Shown in pieces: positions 38,473-43,933 of a DNA stretch of 43,933 bases (its first letter is position 1; every line of letters begins with the position of its first letter). Below the pieces are notes generated by a model. The model was not told the DNA's origin. It did not search any database and was given only the letters and a program-made list of their open reading frames with translations. Position numbers and translations under genes: made by a program. The DNA lies in contig SHLN01000001.1 of assembly GCA_004283105.1 (NCBI GenBank), positions 1-43,933 on the forward strand, given 5' to 3'. Source of the stretch: Acidimicrobiia bacterium. GTDB taxonomy: Bacteria; Actinomycetota; Acidimicrobiia; Spongiisociales; SHLN01.

Positions 38473-39514
38473 GCGCCAGCAGCGCCAACGCCTCGTTGGC
38501 GGTCCACTCGCGGTCGTGGTCGAGTTCGCCGCTCTCGCCCGGGTTGCGGGCGCTGTAACCGCCCTCGACTGCTGCTTGCAGCGCCGCCAGCAGCCGGCGC
38601 AGATCGCGGGGGAGTGGGAAGTATTCGCCTTCGGTGGTCACCTGGACGACTTCAACCCCGTCGGTCGGCGCTACGGCCTCGATGACTGCGAACACGAGCT
38701 GGTCGGGAGCGGACGCACCGGCCGTGACACCAACGGTCTTGGCATCGACGAGCCAGGCGGGATCGATGGCATCGGGCCCGTCGACCCGATGTGCCCGGGC
38801 TCCGGTGACTCCGGCCACCCTCACGAGTGCCTGGGTGTTTGACGAGTTCTCGGAGCCGACGACGAGCACGAGATCGCATTTCTCTGCCAGGACCTTCACC
38901 GCCTGCTGGCGGTTCGTGGTGGCGTAACAGAGGTCGCTCTTGCGGGCCGTCCAGAGTGCCGGAAACCGTTCGGCGGCACCATCGAGCACGTCCTCGAATT
39001 CAAACAACCCGAGGGTCGTTTGGGAGACGAGGGCTACCCGTTCCGGGTCGGCAGGGGTGTAGTCACCGAGGCCTTCTTCCGGGTCGATGAGCGTGATGGC
39101 CTCCGGCGCCTCGGCGATGGTTCCGATCGCCTCGTCGTGACCTTCGTGGCCGACGTAGATGATGTCGAATCCCTGGCCGGCCATGCGCTTCACCTCGTGG
39201 TGAACCTTGGTCACGAGCGGGCAGACGGCATCGACGAGCACCGCCGCCCCGTCGCCGGCAGCCGCAACAACCTCTGGAGCGGAACCGTGCGCCGACAGCA
39301 TGACCGGCGAGCCCGTGGGGACCTCTTCGATCTCGTTTACGAAGATCACACCGGCGGCTTCGAACGCCTCCACAACTGCCTGGTTGTGGACGATCTCGTG
39401 ATAGCAGTACACGGGAGGCTCGAACACCTGCACCATCCAGGTGAGTGCCTTGATCGCCATCTCGACGCCGGCACAAAACCCGCGCGGCTCGGCCAGGAGA
39501 ACTTTCTGTGTCAT
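38447..39514 (-). CDS. ispH: 4-hydroxy-3-methylbut-2-enyl diphosphate reductase
   Basis: MTQKVLLAEPRGFCAGVEMAI, HN..VV, SAHG, VDAVCPLVTKVH, GH.GH.E and SQTT are present. Start set at ATG 39514 because the 136-codon upstream extension of ORF 38447..39922 is Ser/Thr/Pro junk. Confidence 0.92.
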   Translation of the reverse strand: MTQKVLLAEPRGFCAGVEMAIKALTWMVQVFEPPVYCYHEIVHNQAVVEAFEAAGVIFVNEIEEVPTGSPVMLSAHGSAPEVVAAAGDGAAVLVDAVCPLVTKVHHEVKRMAGQGFDIIYVGHEGHDEAIGTIAEAPEAITLIDPEEGLGDYTPADPERVALVSQTTLGLFEFEDVLDGAAERFPALWTARKSDLCYATTNRQQAVKVLAEKCDLVLVVGSENSSNTQALVRVAGVTGARAHRVDGPDAIDPAWLVDAKTVGVTAGASAPDQLVFAVIEAVAPTDGVEVVQVTTEGEYFPLPRDLRRLLAALQAAVEGGYSARNPGESGELDHDREWTANEALALLALSPSPQSD

Positions 39515-39635
39515 GGCCGGGAGGTTAGGGCTCGCTGCTCGCTTCTGGCTCCTCGCTGCTCGCAAGACGCCGCCACTCGCAGACGTTGGAGTCGGGCTAC
39601 CGAACCGGTTCCCTCCCAGTACCCTGGTTCCGCTC

Positions 39636-41033
39636 ATGTCGTTCCCTACCGTCTCCGAGGTCGTTGAAGGCAGCCCTGCGTCCGTCGCCGGGCTGGCGGT
39701 CGGCGACGAGCTGCTCTCCATCTGCGGCGTGCTGCCGTCCGACGTCATCGAGTACCAGCAGCTCGTCGACGAGTCGGACATCGACCTGACCGTCCGGAGA
39801 GGCGGCCTGGAGTGGGATGTGACCATCGAGAAGGCGCCCGGTGCCCCGCTCGGGGTGCGGCTCGACTCATCGATCTTCGACCGGGTCCAGACCTGCGACA
39901 ACCACTGCGAGTTCTGCTTCATCTATCAGTTGCCGCCCGGTATGCGCAAGTCGCTCTACTTGAAGGATGACGACTACCGGCTGTCGTTTCTCTACGGCAA
40001 CTTCACCACCCTGACCCGCTTCACCGAGCTCGACCTCGCCCGCGTGGTCGACGAGCAGCTCGGTCCCCTCTATGTGTCCATCCACGCCACCGATCCGGCC
40101 GTTCGCTCCGGGATGCTTCGGAACGAACGGGGCGCCACCAGCCTGCGCTGGCTGCGGGCGCTCCTCGAACACGGAATCGAGGTGCACGGTCAGGTGGTCC
40201 TGTGCCCGGGCATCAACGACGGAGACGTCCTCGAGCGCACGTTCGCCGAGGTGCTCGTCCGCTATCCCGAGCTGGCCTCGGTGGGAATCGTCCCCCTCGG
40301 GTTGTCCCGGTTCAACAAGGAGGAGAACCTGCGGGTGCACACCGACGATGAGGCCCGGTCGGTCATCGAGGCGACCCATCACTGGCAGGGCATCGCCCGA
40401 GCCCGGCTTGGCCGACGCCTGTTCTGGGCCTCAGATGAGCTCTACATCCAGGCCGGGATGCCCGTCCCCGGCCACGACGACTACGAGGACTTCCCGCAGC
40501 ACGAGAACGGCATCGGAATGGCCCGCGCCTTCTACGACGAGCTCGAAGAGCTCGAGCGAGGACCCGGCCACTCCGCCGTCGAACCAACCGGCCGATTCGC
40601 GACGCTGCCGGCTGCGCCCGCCGAGGGGTATCGCGCACCCCGGACCTCCACCTCTGCACAAGGCCCGACCCTCGATCGGTCTGGTGATGCGCCGACGGTA
40701 TTGCTCACCGGCGAGTACGGCGCGGCGGTCCTCGCACCGGTGCAGGAGCGTCTCGAGCGGTTGGCCGGCCGCCCGCTCCGGATCCTTCCCGTACCCAATG
40801 AGTTCTTTGGCGGCAACGTGGCAGTGAGCGGCCTCATGGTGGGCGAGGACATCGCGGCCGCCATGGCGGCGGACACCGGGCCGGCCGCGGCCTACCTCGT
40901 GCCCGACGTGGCGCTGTCGGGGGACCGGTTCCTCGACGACACCTCCATCAGGGACGTTGCCGCGACCGCTCCGGCACCGCTGCTGGTCGTACCGACCTCA
41001 GTGGCCGGAATCGTGGCGGGAGCGAGCCGATGA
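39636..41033 (+). CDS. DUF512-type protein: PDZ domain + radical-SAM-like CX3CX2C core
   Basis: GSPASVAGLAVGDELLSI is PDZ-like. CDNHCEFCF is a CX3CX2C motif, followed by DDYRLSFLYGNF.TLT and PLYVSIHAT. The position directly upstream of der is typical for DUF512. Confidence 0.8.
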   Translation: MSFPTVSEVVEGSPASVAGLAVGDELLSICGVLPSDVIEYQQLVDESDIDLTVRRGGLEWDVTIEKAPGAPLGVRLDSSIFDRVQTCDNHCEFCFIYQLPPGMRKSLYLKDDDYRLSFLYGNFTTLTRFTELDLARVVDEQLGPLYVSIHATDPAVRSGMLRNERGATSLRWLRALLEHGIEVHGQVVLCPGINDGDVLERTFAEVLVRYPELASVGIVPLGLSRFNKEENLRVHTDDEARSVIEATHHWQGIARARLGRRLFWASDELYIQAGMPVPGHDDYEDFPQHENGIGMARAFYDELEELERGPGHSAVEPTGRFATLPAAPAEGYRAPRTSTSAQGPTLDRSGDAPTVLLTGEYGAAVLAPVQERLERLAGRPLRILPVPNEFFGGNVAVSGLMVGEDIAAAMAADTGPAAAYLVPDVALSGDRFLDDTSIRDVAATAPAPLLVVPTSVAGIVAGASR

Positions 41034-42346
41034 CGCAGCTTCCCATTGTCGCCGTGGTGGGCCGCCCCAACGTCGGGAAGTCCACCCTCGTAAACCGCAT
41101 CGTTGGCCGCCGTGTGGCGGTGGTGGAGGCCAAGCCGGGTGTGACCCGTGATCGCCGCGAGTTCCGGGCCGAGTGGCTCGATCGGCCGTTCCTTCTCGTC
41201 GACACCGGAGGATGGGAGTTGACGCCCGACGGGGAGCTGACTCAGGACATCAGATCTCAGACAGAGGCGGCACTGATCGGCGCGGATGCAGTGCTCTTCG
41301 TGACCGATGCCACCGCCGCGGTGACCGATGACGATCAGGGTGTCGCCGAGATGCTCCGGAGAGCCGAGATCCCGGTCATCCTCGTCGCCAACAAGTCGGA
41401 CAACCCCAAGGCAGATCTCGATACCACCCATCTCTACCGGCTCGGCCTTGGCGACCCGACACCGATCAGTTCGCTGCATGGGCGCGGGACCGGCGATCTC
41501 CTCGAGCGCCTGTTCACCCTGCTGCCCGAGCGCGAGGGGGCCGAGGAACCGGAGATGGCCTCACTCGCCATCATCGGCCGACCAAACGTTGGCAAGTCGA
41601 CCCTCCTCAATCAAATGCTGGGAGAGGACAGGGTCCTCGTGTCCGAGACCCCCGGCACGACCCGTGATCCCATCGACGCCGTCGTGGAGATGGATGGTGA
41701 GCCCTTTCGGGTCGTCGACACGGCCGGGATTCGCCGGGCTCCCAAGTGGGGCGACGGTGCCGACTACTACGCCGTATTGCGGGCCAAGGGCGTTCTGGCG
41801 GAGTCCGATGTGGCTCTGCTCATGATCGACGGGGTGGAGGGGGCCACCCACCAGGATCAGCGGCTCGCCGAGGAGATCGCCGAAGCCGGGACCGGCCTCG
41901 TGGTCCTGCTCAACAAGTGGGATGTGGCGACGGCTGAGGAGCGTGAGTGGTGCCGGGATAGCGTGGCCGACCGTCTCGGTTTCGTCGGATGGGCTCCGGT
42001 GTTGACGCTGTCTGCCAAGACCGGCAGCAAGATCAAGCGCATCGGTGGGGCGGTGCGCGTATCGCTCGAGTCGCTCGATCAGCGCATTCCGACCGGCGAG
42101 CTGAACCGGTTGATTCGCCGGTGGCAGGAGGCTCATCCGCCTCCGGTCCGCAAGGGCCGCCGTCCCAAGATTCTCTACGCGGTCCACGCCGGTCGACGCC
42201 CACCGGTGATTGTCCTATTCGTCGCTGGAGGCGAACTGGGAGTCGACTACCTGCGCTTCCTAGAGAACCGGCTCCGCAACGAGTTCGACTTCACCGGCGC
42301 TCCGATCCAGTTCCGTGCCCGCCAGCGCGCCAGCAGCCGTGGATGA
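41030..42346 (+). CDS. der: ribosome-associated GTPase Der (EngA), double G-domain
   Basis: There are two GRPNVGKSTL P-loops, DTGG / DTAG, NKSD / NKWD and a KH-like C-terminus. Confidence 0.95.
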   Translation: MTQLPIVAVVGRPNVGKSTLVNRIVGRRVAVVEAKPGVTRDRREFRAEWLDRPFLLVDTGGWELTPDGELTQDIRSQTEAALIGADAVLFVTDATAAVTDDDQGVAEMLRRAEIPVILVANKSDNPKADLDTTHLYRLGLGDPTPISSLHGRGTGDLLERLFTLLPEREGAEEPEMASLAIIGRPNVGKSTLLNQMLGEDRVLVSETPGTTRDPIDAVVEMDGEPFRVVDTAGIRRAPKWGDGADYYAVLRAKGVLAESDVALLMIDGVEGATHQDQRLAEEIAEAGTGLVVLLNKWDVATAEEREWCRDSVADRLGFVGWAPVLTLSAKTGSKIKRIGGAVRVSLESLDQRIPTGELNRLIRRWQEAHPPPVRKGRRPKILYAVHAGRRPPVIVLFVAGGELGVDYLRFLENRLRNEFDFTGAPIQFRARQRASSRG

Positions 42347-42467
42347 CGGGCGCCCGGAGGAGGAGCGTCCCTCGATCGTATTCTGGATCATCGTCGTCCT
42401 CGTCGTGCTCTACCTGGCGGTTCGGCTGGTCCAGGGAATCGGGTGGGTAGTGGAACGGATGGGCTGA
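42339..42467 (+). CDS. candidate 42-codon single-TM micro-ORF
   Basis: GTG 42339 overlaps the der stop. The translation VDDGRPEEERPSIVFWIIVVLVVLYLAVRLVQGIGWVVERMG has a clean hydrophobic helix. It is too short for the ORF track and has no other support. Confidence 0.25.
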   Translation: MDDGRPEEERPSIVFWIIVVLVVLYLAVRLVQGIGWVVERMG

Positions 42468-42523
42468 CTCGACTGCTTCCGGGGCAGGCAGGGGACAGAG
42501 CATGGACCTTCATGGCACACGTT

Positions 42524-43429
42524 CTAGGTCTCCTGCGGCACCGGACTGACTCCGGTCTCCCCCCGATCCCGGGCAGCAGCAACCAGGGCTACTCCGCCGA
42601 GGATGAGGGGGAGAGCGATGACCGCTTGCCCCGACAGCACCTCGGAACCGATCGTCACGCCGAGCAGCACGGCCACCACCGGATTGACATAGGCGTAACT
42701 GGTGGCGAGAGCAGGCCGGACCGTGTTCAGCAAGTACATGTAGGCGCTGAAGGCGACGATCGAGCCCAGGGTGATCAGATAGAGGAGGGCCAGCCATCCG
42801 TCGAGCGCCGGGAAGGTGTCAAAGCGTTCTCCCCGCACGAATCCGACCACAAGGAGGATGACACCGCCGGTGGTCATCTCGAGGGCGGTGGCCATGGCCC
42901 CGGTCGGGAGGGGGATCCGCTGGCTCCACACCGATCCGAATGCCCAGCTGATGGGGGCCACGATCATGAGGGTGATCCCAAGGGAGTTGCCGCTGAAGTC
43001 GCCTTCCTGGCTGAGGATGACAACGCCGGTCAGACCGACCGCCAGCCCGAGCCACTCGAGCCGATTCGGCCACCGGCCGAACAACCCGCTCCACAGCGCC
43101 GCCCACAGCGGCATGGCGGCGACGGCGGTTGCGGCGAGTCCGGAGCCCACCCCGCGGGCTTCGGCCAGCGCCACGAGTCCAACGCCCCCCATCATGAGGA
43201 AAGCGCCGATCTGTGCGGCCGACCACCACTCCCGCCCGCTCGGGGGAGGAGCGCCGCGGTGCCGCAGGAACACGAACATGGCCAACCCGGCCACGACGAA
43301 CCGGATGCCGTTGCCGATGAAGGGAGGGAACTCTTCAACCAGGTAGCGGAGCGCCAGGTAGGTGGAGCCCCAGATGACATACACGGCAAACAGTGCGAGG
43401 CCGATCAGCCAGCGATTGCGTGCGGTCAT
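42524..43429 (-). CDS. EamA/DMT family transporter
   Basis: About ten hydrophobic segments and the internal duplication typical of EamA (..WGSTYLA.., ..SWAFGSV..). Confidence 0.85.
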   Translation of the reverse strand: MTARNRWLIGLALFAVYVIWGSTYLALRYLVEEFPPFIGNGIRFVVAGLAMFVFLRHRGAPPPSGREWWSAAQIGAFLMMGGVGLVALAEARGVGSGLAATAVAAMPLWAALWSGLFGRWPNRLEWLGLAVGLTGVVILSQEGDFSGNSLGITLMIVAPISWAFGSVWSQRIPLPTGAMATALEMTTGGVILLVVGFVRGERFDTFPALDGWLALLYLITLGSIVAFSAYMYLLNTVRPALATSYAYVNPVVAVLLGVTIGSEVLSGQAVIALPLILGGVALVAAARDRGETGVSPVPQET

Positions 43430-43558
43430 GACAGTGAGTACCCCGGACGGCCCGAAAACGTTGCCGTGAGGGTAGGAGTGTCCGCTGGCGGCCGGAAAGG
43501 CCTTGTGCCTCTGGCGCCGGGCGGGGCGAAGCGGGAGTATGGGTGGCAGGAGGGCACG

Positions 43559-43780
43559 ATGGTGTGGCCGAGCCAGTTCCGGTCTCGGGACGGCGGTAAG
43601 AGCGACTTCATGGAGTCGTGGAGCTCGGCGGGTACCCGCTGGTTCTTCTGGCTCTTCCCCCTGGCCGTCAACGCAGCGATCGTCGTGTATGCGGTGGCGG
43701 GATCAATCTCCTGGTGGATTGCCGTTCCCGTGATCGTCGCCACGCCGGCAGTGCTCGCCGTTCGAAGCCGTCGGCGGTGA
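43559..43780 (+). CDS. candidate small membrane protein
   Basis: The C-terminal 73 codons of ORF 42443..43780 lie outside the eamA antisense region and have two hydrophobic segments (WFFWLFPLAVNAAIVVYAVAG, WWIAVPVIVATPAVLAV). Start is uncertain. Confidence 0.3.
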   Translation: MVWPSQFRSRDGGKSDFMESWSSAGTRWFFWLFPLAVNAAIVVYAVAGSISWWIAVPVIVATPAVLAVRSRRR

Positions 43781-43822
43781 GCGCGCCGTCCGGGCGAAAA
43801 GGTCGGTAACCTGCACCGGACA

Positions 43823-43896
43823 CGGGCTGTGGCGCAGTTTGGTAGCGCACTTGACTGGGGGTCAAGAGGTCGCTGGTTCAAATCCAGTCAGCCCGA
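43823..43896 (+). tRNA. tRNA-Pro, anticodon GGG
   Basis: Folded by hand into a 74-nt cloverleaf. The 7-bp acceptor pairs CGGGCTG with CAGCCCG, and the D stem is GCGC/GCGC. The anticodon stem CTTGA/TCAAG closes loop CTGGGGG (G37), and the T arm is GCTGG-TTCAAAT-CCAGT. CCA is not encoded. Confidence 0.93.
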
Positions 43897-43901
43897 CGAG
43901 G

Positions 43902-43927
43902 AAAACCGCTGTCCACACAGCGGTTTT
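43902..43927 (+). terminator. rho-independent terminator after tRNA-Pro
   Basis: A perfect 11-bp stem: AAAACCGCTGT (43902-43912) pairs with ACAGCGGTTTT (43917-43927), loop CCAC. There is a T-run on the 3' side and an A-run on the 5' side, so it could act in both directions. Confidence 0.75.
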
Positions 43928-43933
43928 CTTCAT

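Noticed and set aside
39515-39922. A 136-codon N-terminal extension of ispH in ORF 38447..39922.
   Set aside because: The extension is Ser/Thr/Pro-rich with no similarity to IspH and runs antisense into the DUF512 gene. IspH homologues begin at the M-x-K-x-LLA.PRGFCAGV motif, found at ATG 39514.
42344-42450. An ATG-start frame after der (MTGARRRSVPRSYSGSSSSSSCSTWRF...).
   Set aside because: It is low-complexity Ser/Arg sequence. The alternative GTG frame gives a much more protein-like TM helix, though that frame is only tentative too.
42443-43558. The N-terminal 372 codons of the 445-aa + strand ORF 42443..43780.
   Set aside because: It is entirely antisense to the well-supported EamA transporter gene and its composition is Gly/Arg/Pro/His-rich junk. 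Only the short C-terminal part beyond eamA was kept, as a low-confidence candidate.

Overview
This is a high-GC actinobacterial chromosomal segment, possibly Acidimicrobiia-like (inference only). It is almost entirely conserved core genes, mostly on the + strand and often translationally coupled. Left to right: Pup-proteasome genes (prcB partial, prcA, an inverted pafA, pafB, pafC) with a 1171-aa zinc-ribbon/cyclase/STAND-ATPase/TPR gene between pafA and pafBC; tatA-tatC-helY; a run of housekeeping enzymes (lipid kinase, DUF4193, GT2 mannosyltransferase, GNAT, NUDIX, M20 peptidase, HAD, kbl-tdh); a small lower-GC islet with two exported proteins of unknown function around a 600-bp structured non-coding gap; then the block syntenic with mycobacterial Rv1694-Rv1713 (tlyA, nadK, recN, pyrG, NUDIX, xerD, scpA, scpB, rluB, cmk, der), with ald, a dksA-like gene, an M50 protease, an HD protein, an aroA-cmk fusion, a Crp/Fnr regulator, ispH and a DUF512 radical-SAM gene also in this stretch; finally an EamA transporter and tRNA-Pro(GGG). 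I found no CRISPR array, transposon, prophage, toxin-antitoxin pair or recognisable defence system. The most unusual signals I can support are: (1) two S4-domain RNA-modification genes (tlyA, rluB) whose conserved N-termini lie upstream of any ATG/GTG/TTG and begin exactly at a 4-nt overlap with the upstream stop codon; (2) the hairpin-dense 600-bp gap between the divergent exported-protein genes, a candidate unannotated RNA; (3) the rearranged paf locus carrying the large cyclase-STAND gene and a small zinc-ribbon ORF. All functional calls rest on recognising motifs in the translations by eye. No database searches were run.
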